Positions 30,074 to 48,046 of a stretch of DNA of 64,000 nt are shown in pieces (the stretch's first letter is position 1; every line of letters starts with the position of its first letter). This stretch comes from the human T2T-CHM13v2.0 reference genome, Homo sapiens. The stretch lies in NCBI RefSeq assembly GCF_009914755.1, contig NC_060929.1. The stretch is one strand, 5' to 3'. Below the pieces are notes generated by a model that made no database searches, had not been told where the DNA came from, and saw only the letters and a program-made list of their open reading frames with translations. The position numbers were made by a program, and so were the translations under genes.

Positions 30074-30684
30074 GTCTTTTATTCTAGATGGCAATGTACC
30101 CAGCTAAAAATGGCATTTTCTTATTAAGGTGAAGGAACAGGATGGATATTTTGGGGGGCAACCTTTGTCACCTAGAATAATGCCCTCTTTTGTTTTTTAA
30201 GTTTGTAGGACTGTTTGTGGATTCATTAAGGACCTCTAAACTGCTAGGTGTTTTGAGATCTTATGTCTGCCTTGAATAGATTTTATAGCCTCTTTTCTTG
30301 TTCTCAGATGACAAGTCACAATTGGCAGGGTATCTGTCCCTACAAGCCTCCAACTTTATCTTCAGATGCTTTCTTTTAAATTGCTCTGGAAAGCCAGATT
30401 ATCCTGGTGATAAAATTGTGTATAAAATAAAGGTAAATAACTGTTGAAGACATGAAAACTGTCCTTGTGAGTAAATCCATGGACATCAAGATCTCTATAT
30501 TGATTATGTATAAGACATTTTTGTTTAATTTCTGGTTCTTCACTATTTCCTAATTATTTTTATCTCTGAAAGATAAGAAGTCTATTTTTTCCTTAATATA
30601 ACCATAAGTTCATTACCATATTGAAAAGTGTAGTAAGTAATTCCAGCTACAGTCAGTATTCATATTTTTTCAATTGCTTTCTTG

Positions 30685-30747
30685 CTTCTTTCCTTCCTTC
30701 TTTCCTTCCTCCCTCCCTCCCTCCCTGCCTCCCTCCCTCCCTCCCTC
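30685..30747. repeat. (CCTT)n/(CCCT)n polypyrimidine microsatellite
   Basis: Seen directly. Confidence 0.9.
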
Positions 30748-32344
30748 TTTTTCTTTACAGTTGGCTTGTTCAAAGAGTGATCCAAACAGGGTCCACACAT
30801 TGTATTTGCTATGTCTCTTTTGTCTCTTTTTATCTATAAGTTCCCCTCTCTTTATTCCTTTTAATATACTGAAGAATTTCATTGTTGCTCTGTAGAATTA
30901 ACAACATTCTAGGTTTGGCTGATTGAATCCTCTTGGTATTGTTTAGCCAGTTTCTCTGTCCCTTGTATGTGCTTAAATTATCTCTTATTTGGTCAGTGGA
31001 AGCCCTTTCAAATTGGCTTCTAAATCCTTTTGACATGGCTTCAGTCATCTTTGGTAGCTTCCTTGCTTTTGCCATGTAGAGCCTGACAATTTGAGGTTGT
31101 CAGCTAAGTGAACTTGAGATGAGTGTATGTGATTGAGCTTTGTATGTCAATCCAAATATTTGCCAGCTTTCTATTATTTTCCTCCTTCTCCTTCCAGTAA
31201 GGAGTAAGATTCAGCATTATTTGCCTTTCGTGTACTGTAAATTATTACTATATAGGTAGTGTGGAATCTAAGACAGTGTTCAAATTCAGGTCTAGGTTGA
31301 CTTAATTTCTCTAAGGTCTTACTTAATAAGTTACTTTGTAGGGATAATTTCATTCATTTTGAAATTATACATATTCAGATCTTAGGTTGCAAGAATGGGT
31401 TTCCTAAGCTTTAATAAACCTTATATAGAAACAGATACTCTTCATTAAAAAATGTTTATGCTGCATATTAAGTAAAACATCAGGAGAAACTGATGTCCTG
31501 TAGCTAAAGATGGTCTGAACCATATCTAAATATAAGATTGTACTATATAGGCTTTTTTGGGTTGCAAGGAACAGAATCACATCAGATTATATTTTGTGAT
31601 GAGGGTTTGCTATGTGGATTCTTGGCAAGTGTGAGAGCCCAGAAACCCCCCATCTACTCCTTGGATAAGTGGAATGTTATTTGTAGAATTCATGGCTGTG
31701 ACCCATCTTCTCTCTTTAAATATCTACTACTGATGTTTCTATCACTGTTACTGCTGACCTCCCTTTGATTACCTCATAGCTGTGCTTACAAATAATATTT
31801 GCACTGATCTACTCTCCTTGTCCCTCTCTGTGGGTCTCCCATTTAAACTCCTTGAGAGAGAACCCAGTGGGTTGAGTAGTCACTGGCCAACATAGAGCGT
31901 CCTTGGACAGAGTTCCTGTCTAAGTCATCTTATAAGGTGCAGCTGCTAGTTTTCCTTGTCTGCCCTGTAGATGATTGTCCTTGACACAGTTGCTGATCCC
32001 TTGTCTAAGTGGCTGAGTGTGTAGAGTCTTAAGATACAACACTTAGAAATTTATGAGGCATTGTGTGTGGCCAAATTGCCTGGAAGGGAACTTTGAGTGT
32101 GGCAGGCCATCAAAGTGTCTAGGATACAGTTGTTCTTCAAAATAGCTAATTACTTCCAATTTTGTTAAAAGTAAGGGCAAGGAGACCATAACCTTGCCCT
32201 TAGTTTGAAGAATGGAGTCAGCATGTGGAGGGATCTCTAAACCCATTTTTTTTTCTCCTACAAATCAACTAAGCTTGTTATATTCCTTGAAGAAAGCCAA
32301 TTGATTAAATAAAATATTTAGAAGTTTCAGAAGAGTAGGCATAA

Positions 32345-32815
<471 letters not shown>

Positions 32816-34488
32816 TGAAATCTTTTCATAGAAAAATTAAATTACTTTATCTGGAGTTACACCTTTTCCTATTTTCAAACAGTGTATTTTTCTCAAAGAA
32901 ATGACTGCATGTCGTCATATTCTTCATGCTCCAGTAAAACTTTTATCAGACAATATGATCTATGTTTAACCATGAGGAGAGAAAAAGTGATCTTCATTTT
33001 TACATTTGCTATATGGACATTTTCTTTTAATTGGCTAGGAAAAATTTGTTCTACATGGTCCATATATATCCAGAGTACCCACACGTGAACATTTACTGCT
33101 AGAATGGAAAGAAGGTATGGAACTTAGTCTGGGACTAAATGTTCAGTGATCTTCTGACACCTGAAGGCGCAATGACTTACACTGACATACGTGCTATTTC
33201 TAGAGAGGGCATGACTATTTTGGAGAAAGCAGCTTTGGGCTGAGTGGCGAGTAGCTTTACCTACTCTAAAATAAGTTCTTAAGGTAATATATAACAGAAA
33301 TCTATATACTAAATGACTTGAGAATTAAAATATTAAATAAAAAATCCTTTAGAGAAAGGGGGAGAGACTGTATCAAGGGTCTAGCACAGATGATAACTAG
33401 AGTTGAGCATTAAATTAAATGCTAAGCCTCCTGCAACCAAAGCAAACAGGGAAGTAACTCATTTTTTCAGGAGATACAGCTTTTTTCTACATTAATTTCT
33501 ATGAGGTATCAATCACATAGTTTTTTTATTTCCTTACATAAAGCCCACTGAATAACTTGACAGGATCCTAACACTTGACAGGTGGTTTTTGCTAAAGTTA
33601 CAAAACCAATTTTTGCTATTGAAAGTTAATAGTAAAATTTGTGGCATGGGGGTTAACTGTAACTCAGCTAAAGCTTTTTAAAGGTTTAAGTTTACAAATA
33701 CTTGGTGATATAGCTAGATATATAGTAAAATTACTTAGAGAAAAAAGAAGAGTATAATTCATTCTCATATATATTCTAGGGATCATCTTTTGAGATGTCT
33801 TGAAAAAGCCCTATAAGGGTGTGCTTACATTTTGGAAGTGCTATGTGTTCCTTTTAGGGATTCACAATGTATATAAGCAGTTAATGGTGTGCTCAGAAAT
33901 CCTATAACATAGAATATTGTATGACTTTATACAGTACTAGCATTAACAAACTTCTTGATCTTGGGGGCCTCTCATTTGAGCCAAGTCTGTTAATATCCTG
34001 AGGAGCGCATTCAGGGAAACATTCTATTGGCTTGACTTACTCAGATGACAGCGGTCTCAGCTGAGCATTTGATAGGGGCCAGTAGAATCAATTCAGAGTT
34101 GTTTTCTAACTTTTACTAAATCTATGTTATAGATTTTCTTGGAGGAAAAGTAGACCTTGTCAGAGAGCCTTAATTAAAGTCCAGAACCTAGAAACATATG
34201 CATCACCAGATCAACAACTGAAATGGGAATAGCAGACAAAGGTGTCTCATAGGTAAATTGAGGTGAAATGCTGTGAGATAAACTTATTGACCCAATGTTT
34301 GTGTTTGTATTTAAAACATAAGTCCCAGAGGCTGTGTTTTCTGTGTTTACTTGCCTAAAAGCACTATTGCTAACTAGGAACTAATGAAATGGGATATTTT
34401 ATTTGAAGGTTGATTTTAAACTTGGATATAAAACATTTTAAAATACATTTAAAATACAGTTTTAAAAATTTGGCTTTAAAAAATGGAT

Positions 34489-34814
<326 letters not shown>

Positions 34815-35468
34815 AAAAAATGGATATTGGAAACTTTCAAGCATATGGAGTGTATATTCATTGACTTAGTTGATACTTCTTAATGTAACAGAATATATTG
34901 TAGCTTTTGGCTTAAACCCAATTCAGCAAGGTTACTAGTGTGAATTGTGTTCATCTAATAAATAGTCATCTGGAATTTTAAAGTGACATAAATCTATACT
35001 TAGTTTTAGTTTATGATGTTCTTAATGTCTCATCACTCCAATTATTCATGCTTGCCAAAATTAGCAAGGACTGAATCTTGCTTGAAGGATTGAACACACA
35101 ACAAAACTTCCTGTCTGTTTATTCTAATATCTGTTAATTTTACCAGGGTAATAAGTTTTGGGGACTGCAGGTTTGCTGTAGAGCTTCCATATATTTTTTC
35201 ACCTCTCTGCAGTTAATTGTCAAACCAGTCTCAGTATTTTGTATTTCCCAGGTGTGTGTGCCCTTTACTCAGAGCAGTCCACAGGTCATTAGGCAGGGGA
35301 TAGATGGTATACCTCTGTGTGTGCCTTATATTGCTTAAGAATTTAGTCAGAAATTATTGATGGAAGATTTATTTCTGGAGTATTATTTCAGTCATGGCAT
35401 ATTATCTAAGTTTTCCTGTTTGCTTAAAAATATGATTAAAGTATTTATATTTATAATCTGTGACTTGA

Positions 35469-35699
<231 letters not shown>

Positions 35700-38662
35700 T
35701 AGGTTCTTTTCCATTTCAATTGAACAAAAGCGCAATAGTGCTACAGAAACCTTCACACTGTAGCTCTTCTGTCTTACAGTGATTTTATTTGTAATTATTG
35801 TTGGAGATTACAGCCTTTTGAGAGTGCATTTAAATTATTTTTGACTCATTTTATTGTTTTACAGTAATTAGATAGGAAATGAACTCTATTTATATTCCTT
35901 TTTAATCTTAATGAGTAGAAGAGTAGTAATGTTTCCATTCACCAAAGCAAATAGCTGTCAGATTATTTGTATGAGGAACACACTGTATTTCATAAATGTG
36001 TGTGTACATGTATATGTAAGGTTGAAGTTACTGTTTTTATAGGTCAAAAATGGTAGAATAGTGACAATTTCATGTGGTTAAATTAATATGCATATATTAG
36101 TGGATTTGCTGTCTTAATTAGGTTTTGCTTAGGTAAATTTATAAAATATTTAAAGAATAGGAAAAAGGTCTGGACTAGAGGAAGTTTCATCTGATGTCAA
36201 AACCCATATTGATAACTGAGGGCTATGTCTTCGACCTTTAAGGTCAAGATGGTAATAAGCTTCATTTGCCCAATAGCACTAATACATTCTATGTTGATTG
36301 CCTGGAGTACTATGTTGAGAAGGATTCTAAGGCCCATTCTGCTTGGAGGAATGTGGCTATGATTGAGTAATCATGCCTGCCATGGGTGAGGGACAGGAAT
36401 AGCTACATGAAAGCAGTGTACTGCTGACTTTGCCTTAAAGGGTGGGAACAATCTGGAAATGGGATAAGGCTTATGAATCAACTTCTCTAAGAAACTAATT
36501 AAATTAGATTTTAATCATGAAAACTATTAGTAGTTGAGAATTTGCTAATATTAATGAGGCACAAAGAAAATAACCTTTTTAAAAAAACAGTGCATAAAAA
36601 GACACTAACATGACTAACATGAATAAAGCCTTCTATAGCCTGACACCTAAGCAGAAAGTTTTCTTAGGTTTTATATTTTAGCATAGGAAATATGTCATAG
36701 ATTCTACTTTGTGTTTTAGCTGCACACTTTTAAATTTATTTAGCCTGTAAGGGAGTTATATTATGCAATGTGTGACTTAAAATTTTATCTAGAAAATGTA
36801 TAATGTAAAGTTTTAAGGGTGCTGTTGATTCTGAAATACACATATGTGAAAGAATATCAAAACCAGTCGCTCTAGATCAAGTGGTTTTAGCTGTTGAATC
36901 TTTTGAGCAAATGAAATATTATGAGACAATATAAATAAATCCAGTAAGAGCTGAGTAGCTTTGGGTACACTGAGTATGGCAGGATTGTGCAGAAACATTC
37001 CTACTCTCCATCTCATCCACTATGGCCCCAGATTTGTCTGAAGTTTAAACCTTCAGGGACCCAGGGATCACAATTTGAGGAATCACTCTTCTATGTCCTG
37101 AGCTGATATATGCAGAGAGCATAGTGTGAAAGGAATCATCTAGTATACATATCCATACAATGTATGATAAATCATTATCCGTCTCATTCATACACACAGC
37201 CATATTACAGTGAAGATGTGCTACTTCCACTTCATTACTGTTCATTCTGAACTTTTTTGCTGTCATGAAGAAAATGTCCAATTTATTACTTTTTTCACTA
37301 TCAATGTTTCCTCGTACATTTCCTGTGTAATCTCCTTTTATTATTTATTTTTCAGAATAGCAACTGAATCTTTTAGAGCATTAATTCCACAATTAATTTC
37401 TTACAGTGGCCTTTGAATCTTTGTCATATTTGCCCATTAAAAATTGCTGTCATTTGAATTCAGGAGAGCAACAGATACTGTAATCTCTAAAGTATTGTTT
37501 TTTGCTCCAGTGTGATTAACTTAATAATGGTGACTTTATATGTTTTTGCATCAATTATTGTATCAAGTATTATTATGTAAAAATATGATCAGGGAGAAGA
37601 TTTTCTTGTCACCTAGCAGGGGAGTTTTAATAGTTGCTTTATAATATTGAGCCAGTGTATATATTACCAAGTAAGAATGCAAAAGTGCCTTTTACATATA
37701 AATTGCTATGAAAATGAAATTAGTGTAGCATGTTAAAAATATCCTGTTAAAGAAAAGATGATGCATATTATTTGATTTATTAAATAGTTTGTTTCTTTGG
37801 CTAAAACACTTAATATTCACTGAGCATTTTCTATGTGACAGGCTTTATGCGAAGTGTTTCACCTGCGTTATCTCATTTAGTCCTCACGACCCTAAAAGAT
37901 AGATGCTTTTTGTCCTTACTTTATAGATGAGGAAACCAAGGTTTAGAAAATTTTAAAAATTTGCCCAAGGTCACAAAGGTAATCAGTCAGAGAACTAGGA
38001 CATGAACTAAGGTCAGTATATCGGAAAATCCCATACTTTGAACCATTAGAGATCAAGGGAAGTGTTTCTTCTGTTCTCCGAGGTTGAAATCTTATTTTGT
38101 ACAAGCCTATGGCTGACCTAATTTTTTTTATTTTAAGGATTTTCCCCCCATTACCTAAGCACTACCCAGTCATCAAACAATATTTGGACTATATAGTAAA
38201 GTAAGTGTGAAGGATGTATAGTCCTAGTACCCAGAGAAAACCATTGTTAGTATTTTCCTATCTTTCTTTCATTACATTTTCTATTATGTTCTACAGTACT
38301 TGTTATGAAGAGGGTGGGTGCATAATGGATAAGAGAGTGCCTCTGTAGGCAGACTGCCTGTGTTAGACTTCTGGCTCTACCATTTACTAGCTGAGTGACC
38401 TTAGGCAAGTCTCTCAGTCTGTATCTCAGTTTTCTCACCTATGGGATGAAGACAGTAATTGTACCTTTCCATAGGCTTGTTGTGCAAATTAAAGGAGCAA
38501 GTGTATATACAACACTTAGAACTGTTTTTGACACATAGTACATACTACATAAATATTAGCTATTATTCTTTGACAAAACTTCATTGATGACTTATGATGA
38601 TATGTGAGTCTGAGATCTCTCCTTTTATGGAATTATTTATTTATTTATTTATTTATTTTTAA

Positions 38663-38779
<117 letters not shown>

Positions 38780-39358
38780 TAATATGCATTGATTAAAGGA
38801 AAGGGTATGTATAGTCTTAAAATACAGTTATTTAAAAATTTTTATATGTTAACCTCACTGATGACTTTTTGGTGTGTATAAATATTTCACGAAACCTCAA
38901 AGCTTAACGTTTAAGATTGCTAGAAAAAAATGAACTTTGACTTTCTGAAAGTTCTAGTCTTTTCTGTTTTTTGACTTTACTAATTTGAATTTTTAAAAGA
39001 ATTTTGGATAACTTGTTCTCTGTAGCCTATATATTATTAATTTTTAAAAAAAACTTTCAAGATACCATTCAGCAGATTCTGGGTTTCTCAATTTTTGCAA
39101 CATTTTGGCACATATACAAGGTATTTTTGGTTTCTTCACTTCTTGTCAATTTTTGGATCAAGAAGACAGGAAATGGGAGGTGGTGTAATCAGAGTATTTG
39201 GCAGAGAGAAATGGTGCCAGTTTCTTTAATCCACACTGAAAGCAGAGAGGAGCAGTTAACGATGAGAGGTGACGATGGCTTGCTGAAAGAATAGGAGGTC
39301 ATATTGTGATCCTTCAATCCTATGTACACTCAGTAACAATGGAAACCCTGAGGCTAGG

Positions 39359-40151
<793 letters not shown>

Positions 40152-40778
40152 TGCTTCCTGCTCTTAAGTACTTTGTTATATAAAGCCCAGAGTTCTCACA
40201 CAAAATAAATCTCCTGGAAAAAAATTAAAACAAAAGCAAATAGTAGCTTTGAGAAATTATATTGTTTTGAAAAACAGGCCAGGTGAAAAAAATGGCAGGC
40301 TGTTTAAGTGTAGGCCAGAATACTTAGCAAGAAAGTGTGAGCAAACAACACAGACGTGAGATGTAAAATGATTAAATTTTGACTTCTTTCTCAGGATCAT
40401 ACAAAAATGTCTGGCATGCATAGTGGCCAGAAGTTCGATGCTGTTCTTAAATTGACTGAATGCTTTGATGCACAAGTCTACTACTAATTTTGGTTATAAT
40501 CTTTCTAGATATATGTGGAAGTTGAGAGAAAAGCTGTGAATAAAAGATATTAAAAAGTGAAACAAAAGAGGCTTAAAGAAAAGAGAATCAGCCTTTAAAA
40601 GGTGGAAAAGTGACTATCTTTATTGAAAATTTAAATTGCAGCTTAAGGGACTTTGGTTACATGACAGAAATAGTTTTCTGAAATTGAAGGCACTGGTATA
40701 GCTCATTAAGGTGGATTGCATAATACTGTCTTTTATTTGGATTTCCTTTAAACATGGAGGGTTCTTACCTGTCTAGAA

Positions 40779-41003
40779 CAAGTTTGTTCAAGCCGCAGCC
40801 TGTGGGCCACAAGTGGCCCAGGACGGTTTTGAATGCGGCCCAACACAAATTTGTTAACTTTCTTAAAACATTATGTGATTTTTGTTGCCATTTTATTTTT
40901 TTGGCTCATCAGCAATTGTTGGTGTTAGCTAGTGTATTTTATATGTGGACCAAGACAATTCTTGTTCCAGTGTTGCTCAGGGAAGCCAAAAGATTGGCCC
41001 CTG
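40779..41003 (+). mobile_element. MER30 hAT DNA transposon
   Basis: GGCCCAGGACGGTTTTGAATGCGGCCCAACACAAATT...CAGGGAAGCCAAAAGATTGG. Confidence 0.85.
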
Positions 41004-43664
41004 GCCTAGATTGAATGAAAATCAATCAGTTGAAGGCTTATGATATGCGAGGCATTGTTCTAGGAGCTGGGGATATGGCATGAACAAGACAAAATTCCTG
41101 CTGCATAAAACTTACACTCCAGTGGGGGTCATAGTGAGGAGACAAAAGATCAAATAAATACCTGAGATAATTTTATTATTATTATTATTTTTGACTTGGT
41201 TTTTTTTTTGGAGGCAGGGTCTCACTCTGCCTGGAGTTTTCACTCCAGGCTGATCTGGAACTCCTGAGCTCAAACAATCTTCCTGTCTTGGCCTCCCAAA
41301 ATTTTGGGATTACAGGCATGAGCCACTGCACCTGGCCATGAGATAATTTCACACAGGAAAAAAAATGAACCGGATGATGTGACAGTAATGGGCACAGGCC
41401 ACTTTAGTAGAGTGATGGGGAAGCTTCCTCTGACCTTTGAGGTGAGATTTGAAGCATGGAAGAAGGAAACAGGAGTTTAAGGATTCCAAGCATTTAGGAT
41501 TCCAGTATTTAGGTTCTGGAAAAATAAAGAATACCATTGGTCTTGGAGTGTGGTGAACAAGATGAAGAGTGATCTGAGATCATGTTGGAAAGGAAGGTCT
41601 AGGCTGGATCATGTGGGTCCTCTCTTCTAGGTCATGTTATAGACTTTGGATTCTCCTGCAGGTGAGGGAAATGTTTGGTTTAGGATTTAAAAAAATCATG
41701 TGGCTGTTCTGTGGGGGAATGGATAGTAGGGTGAAGGCAAGATCTGTCAGCAATTGGTTGCACCTGGGACGATGGCGGCACCAGAAATGTAGAGAAAGGT
41801 GAAGGATTTTATCTGGATTAGGGATGATCTTTGGGAGTTAAAACCAGTACTACTTGTTGATGAACTGGAAATGGAAATATGTGCAAAGGGAGGAGTTGAT
41901 GAATTCCCCATTTTGGCTTAAACAATTGTGCATAGTTACTGCCTTTACTCAGATGGGGAAGGCCAGAGGAGGGGAAGGTTATATGAGTGAACACGAGCAT
42001 TGTTCCTAAAGTTATTTCCTTTCTCCTGCCCTTTCCCATACTATTTCTTTTTTTAAAAAAGTTTTTATTTCTTATTTTTTAATAGAGACAGGATCTCACT
42101 ATGTTGCTTAGGCTGGTCTTGAGCTCCAAAGCTCAAGCGATCCTCCTGTCTTGGCCTCCCAAAGCGCTGGGATCACAGGCCTGAGCCACCTGCCTGGCCC
42201 CGTACTATTTCTTGAGCATATGCCTACGGTGTAACAGTTAGCAGTAAGTGCTTCGGTTAGATTCCATTGTTTAATATAACAACAGTCTGAGAAGGCACTT
42301 TGATTGCTGTATTGCAGATGATAAGCAGCTTGCCGAAGATCACCCAGAACTAGTTAGTAACAGAGTCAGGATTTTGACCTAAGCTCTCTGACTCTTACTC
42401 ACTGTGTCTTTTTCTTTACTCCATGCTTTAGAGAGAAAAAGTAAATTTCGATAGTAAGATCTGCTGCTTTTGTGCGATTCTGCTTTTTTAAATTATGGTT
42501 TTTTTTTTTTTTTGTTATGTCTTGATTCAGGATAACTTGGCCAAGTCCTGTGACTTTTACTTATTTTTATTTACTTTTTCTTTCTTTCTTTTTTTCTTTC
42601 TTTAAGTGGTGATGGAGCTTCTGTGTGGAAGAGTTTGGTGCTTTGAAGCCTAGAGCCTGCTTATTCCCTCTGGTCACTCTTTGCCCCATTTCCTATAGAC
42701 TTACCCCTGTCCCCAAACACAGCACCAAACACCCCATTATCAAGATCAATTCACATGACCTCTGAGACACTGCCCAGAGCTCACTGGAGCACAGTCTGAC
42801 TAGCCTAGTCTTTGTAAAGGCAGAAGGACATGTGGGCATGATGGGTGGGTGGCAATTTGTAAGCTTCACTGATTCTGTGGGTGGCATTTTTTTTCTACAG
42901 GAACAAAGTGTTGCTTTCAATTGACTGTTTATGGGATATATAACAGGACTTTACTCTGGAAGGCCCGTTCCAGACTGGAGACAATGTTCTTACTTTGTTT
43001 CTTAGAAGGCGGGGGTAGGGGGAGACTTGTTTCTGAGGAATTTTTTGGTTCTCTTGTTGCTGATCCTTCCATGATTAGGGACATTAGTTACATTGCTTCA
43101 GACTTACGGAGAGTTGCTCAAAATGGTTCAGAATTGTGGTTGCTCATCAGCTGTTCCTTTCAGAAGCATTTTGGCTGAAAATAGAGGTTGGGGTAGATGT
43201 TTCACCAATGTTGTACCCATCTTTGAAATGTGTTTTGATGTTTGATGAACAAAGAAAAACCTTATAATTTGATAGGGTAAAGGTAGTTAGAATGCCACAC
43301 TGGGACTTTTAGTAGAAGGAACTTTTAGACAGTGGAAAAGAATCTGTTAATCTTCAACATACGTAATGCTGATCATGCTTAGGTAGTTTTACACGGATAT
43401 TCTGATTATTAGGCTATTTTTAGTGAATTGTTGTTGGCCTTTGCTAGCAGTTGTTTCTTTGATAAAATTTCAAGATCAGTGGTGGTTCAGTTAAAGAATA
43501 GTCTATGTACTCCATACAGTTACTAAGGGCTGATCATCATTATCACCATCTGCACCGCCATTTATTGATGCTAAACTTATACTAGGCACCAATAATTGTT
43601 AGCTGATGATTTTTCATTATTAGTTGATAATGAGCCTTAACACATAACTGGGTCTGTCTTCTAG

Positions 43665-43754
<90 letters not shown>

Positions 43755-45733
43755 TGAGTGCTTTACTAGTGACTGATGTTAAGGTAAAAACATTTTGTTT
43801 CAGGGGCATATTATGATTGCCTTAAAACTTGTAAATTGAAGTAGCACATTGCAACTGGTCTATAAGCTCTTTCCATTTAAAAATGTTTCCACTTTTTAAA
43901 AGTTAATGCAAAGTGAAAATGTATTACTTAAACTAACAACTCACAGCTCTGTTTTCTTGGGTGGATTGACAGTGGGACCAGAATTCTTTCTATCCTGAGT
44001 TTCTAACATGTTGCTTTACCTATTTCTGTTCAGAATGCTTTTAGGCACTAGTTAGGGCATAAACAAAGATGTTTGTGAATCTGAAGAAAGAGTAAAATAG
44101 CAGGCTGAGTTGGGGGCATGCCCTACCGTGAATGAATAGAAGCAAATAAAGCTGACTGGCACTTCACCTGACTAGCAACGCATGAATTATTTATGCTGCA
44201 TTATTTATGCTTTCTGTGTTTTATGTTAAGATAGAGCTGCATATATTTTTCTGATAATTTTTGAGCCCCTGGGTGAAAGTACTTGGTTATGTATACTGTG
44301 TATTTCTTTAATGCAGACATATACACATTTTCCTAGATTGTCTTTAAAGAGAAGTTTGATTAAAATTCTTCTTCATTTCAGAAGACACTAGACACTGGAT
44401 TTTATTAAATGTCAGTCGAGTACAGTTAATATGTGTTTTAATAATTTTTGAGGTTGAAAAATGTAGTCATTTATTATCAGCTGAGGGTACTGGAGGAATA
44501 ATACTACTGTTAATCTTGAACATAGAATGATCAAAAAAGAAAAAAGCAACCATTCAAAGTTGGAAGAATGTGACTTTTCAGAGTAAAGAATGTTCCATAG
44601 AATATGGTTAATAGTCTTTATCTAGAGTTAAAGTGATATACTGATAAAAAGCTGTCCTGCTGAAATGAGAAAATAAGGCATTTCCAAAGTAACCAGGACA
44701 CAAACCAAGGATAGCTAGAGTTAAGCATGCCATTGATCCTGTCATTTTATTTTTACTGTTTGTTGATGTGAAGTTTTCTCAAGACCTCCAAGCCCATAGA
44801 AAGCCGGTCGTTTAAGTTTTCATTGTAGTGGACAGTAGTATTAAAATGGAAATGTATGTATTTGACTTAAAGGTGATTTGAAACTTGGTGGTGGGTGAAC
44901 TACTGAGAATTTAGTATATTGATGTCATTTTTTAGATTGTGTACAGAATCAACAGCTAGAATATGGCTGTTGCTTATATTAGAAAAATACAAAAACTCAA
45001 TTTTTCTTTATAATTTATTAAGTTTGTTATACGGGTATCTCAAGTGTACAATGAAGAAAGATGTGGCTGAAGTGATTTAATACTTTTCTAAGAATTATAG
45101 CTCATTAGTTACTCTAGTCACTATTTTGAGATGGGTTTGGTTTCATATTATAAATATGAAATCCAAATGTATTGGAAAACATACTTGATTTTAAATTCTT
45201 GTTGGAAGATTGAGTGGTATGTATTTTCAGTTAAATATCCTAAAAACTTACAGACAGCTCATTGCCCAATGGTATTTAAATGGTCTGATTTTTGAATTCT
45301 TTCAAACAATAACTAGGAGATACCCCTCTTAGCAATAGTGATTATCTTGCCTAATGCTTGTATCACAAAGTTTAAATATATAAAATCCTTGCTTTCTTTC
45401 CTATCATAAAATAGTACATGATTATTCTTCCAATTCGGAAAAATGTGAAAAAGCACAAGAACAGAAAATAAAATACCTTAAAGTCTCACTGCCTAGAGAT
45501 TTTTTTTATGTGTTTCCTCATCTACACATTAATTAAAAATGTAATTTTACTGTTCCATTTATCTTTTTTCAATTAACAGTAGATCATGAAGATCTTTCCT
45601 TACCTATAAATATTTTTAGTGGCTGCAGAAGATTCCATTGTATAGAGAAGTACAGCAATTTATTTAACTAGGCCTCATTTTTTGCTATATTTAAACAATA
45701 CTCTGTAGGTCAATATACATATACATGTACATA

Positions 45734-46043
45734 CAGTAAGCCCTCTATCCATGTTCTATTATCTGTGGGTTCAACCAGATCAAAAATATTCAGAAAAAAT
45801 GATTGTGTTTGTACTGAGCTAGTACCAATTTCATTTTTCTTGTCATTATTCTCTAAACAATATGGTATAACAACTATTTACATAACATTTACATTTATTA
45901 GGCATTATAAATAATCTAGAGATGATTTAAACTATTTGGGAAGATGTATGTAGGCTACGTGCAAATACTACACTGTCTTTTATAAGGGGCTTGATCATCC
46001 GTGGATTTTGATATCTCAGGGGGATCATGGAACCAATTCCCCA
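45734..46043. mobile_element. MER2-like Tigger MITE
   Basis: Degenerate TIRs CAGTAAGCCCTCTATCCATG / CATGGATACTGAGGGATGACT with TA flanks. Confidence 0.8.
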
Positions 46044-46371
46044 TGGATACTGAGGGATGACTTTATATCTGAGAACATACATTTATGGAGATATCTCATT
46101 ATTTCCTTAGATAAATTCTAAGGAAATATTGGAATCAAAAGATATACACATTTTAAATGCTAATATGTTATAATGTTTTTAAATTATGAGATTATTTTAT
46201 GGGCAAAGATATAACTACAAAGATTTAGAAATAGCTTATATTTCTAATGATGCATATTCATTATTGAAAAATAGAGAGAAACATAAGGATGAAAGTGAAA
46301 ATACCTTTTATTATTCTATCAGCCAGATATAATTGCTAGTGATATTTTGGTGTAATTTCTTATAGAAATTA

Positions 46372-46520
46372 TATATATATAACTTTAGAACAAAATTTGG
46401 ATTATTTTATATACATATATGTATGTGTATATATATGTATATGTGTATATATAATATATATGTCTGTGTATACACACATATACACACATATATGTATGTG
46501 TGTATATATATAACATATAA
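46372..46520. repeat. (TA/TG/CA)n simple repeat
   Basis: Alternating purine-pyrimidine tract. Confidence 0.85.
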
Positions 46521-47797
46521 ATACAAATATAACATTTTGAATTCATCTAATTCTTATTAATATTGGTAGACAATTCTGAAGCTTTTTAAAGAACTATATC
46601 CCTATGGCTGCCACAAATGGAACACCAACTCAGATTGGCTTAAACCATTAGAAAATGTATTATTTCTTCTAACTGAGAATCCAGGGGAATGACTTCCTTT
46701 TCACATTAGAGTGAGATGCTCCTCCGTGCTATCAAGGACCAGTTTCTGTCACTCCTCTCTGCTGTCCTTGGCTTTGTCTTCCTCCTAAGGCTGATTCCAC
46801 TTGTGGTTGCAACTTTACCTCCAGGGGGCAATCTGGGCTACCAGATTCCTTGCTCAAGCCAGCAGAGGGAGAACCTCTTGCTCAACCATGGACTGTATGT
46901 CCTACCCTTTATGCATACTCTTGAACATGATGGTTGCTAGGGATTTATTGGCTCAGATCACGGTTTCCCAAACTTCCCTGATGACAAGGATGAACTGCAG
47001 CTCTTGCTAAAAATAATATAGTGTCTGGCCTGCTTGCTGGAGATTATAATTCACTGGGTCTGGGAAGGGGCCTGGGAATTTGAATTTTTAACAAGTACCC
47101 TGAGTGATTATTGTCATTAGGGGGGTTTGAGATTTACCATAGTGGAATGGATATTGATGAGTTACATGCACGTCCACCACAGAACTGAGGTGTTTGTTGG
47201 CTGTGGTTTTCCAACCAGGAGACAGTACTTGGGTAGCATTTATTTATTTATTTAAAACTGAATTTATTTTTATATAATTTAAATGTGTTGGCTTTTCATA
47301 TTTTACCCTTTACTACTATTTATAGGTTACTTTTTGCAAACACAATTTAATAAGGACTGGTTGGGGGGTAAAAATCACTTTATTAGAATAATTTTACATA
47401 TAAAGAGTTATTTTTGTGGGAAAGGTCTCTAGTAAGAACAAATTCAGAATATTTACAAGTGAAAAACCTCATCCTGAGTGATTTGAATGATATCAAATCC
47501 TGATGTATATGAGGTATCACATCATCATCCACATCGGGGTCATAAGGAACATAATTGATTACTGGAGTTGGCAATTGTGAAATCGCTTTTGCAACTTAAC
47601 TAAGTAGAAGTTGGAATTCTCAGTAGTTTTTTTTCTTTCAGAAAAGAATATTCTCATAAATATGTTACTTGCCTTTAGAAAAAAATTGGAACAATTAAGT
47701 ACGAAATCAAAGGGACTGTTGACTTTTGAATATATAGTTTGTTGTTCTTAAAAAGGTATATGTAAATGATGATCTTGACTTCTTTATTAGGGCCTGA

Positions 47798-48046
<249 letters not shown>
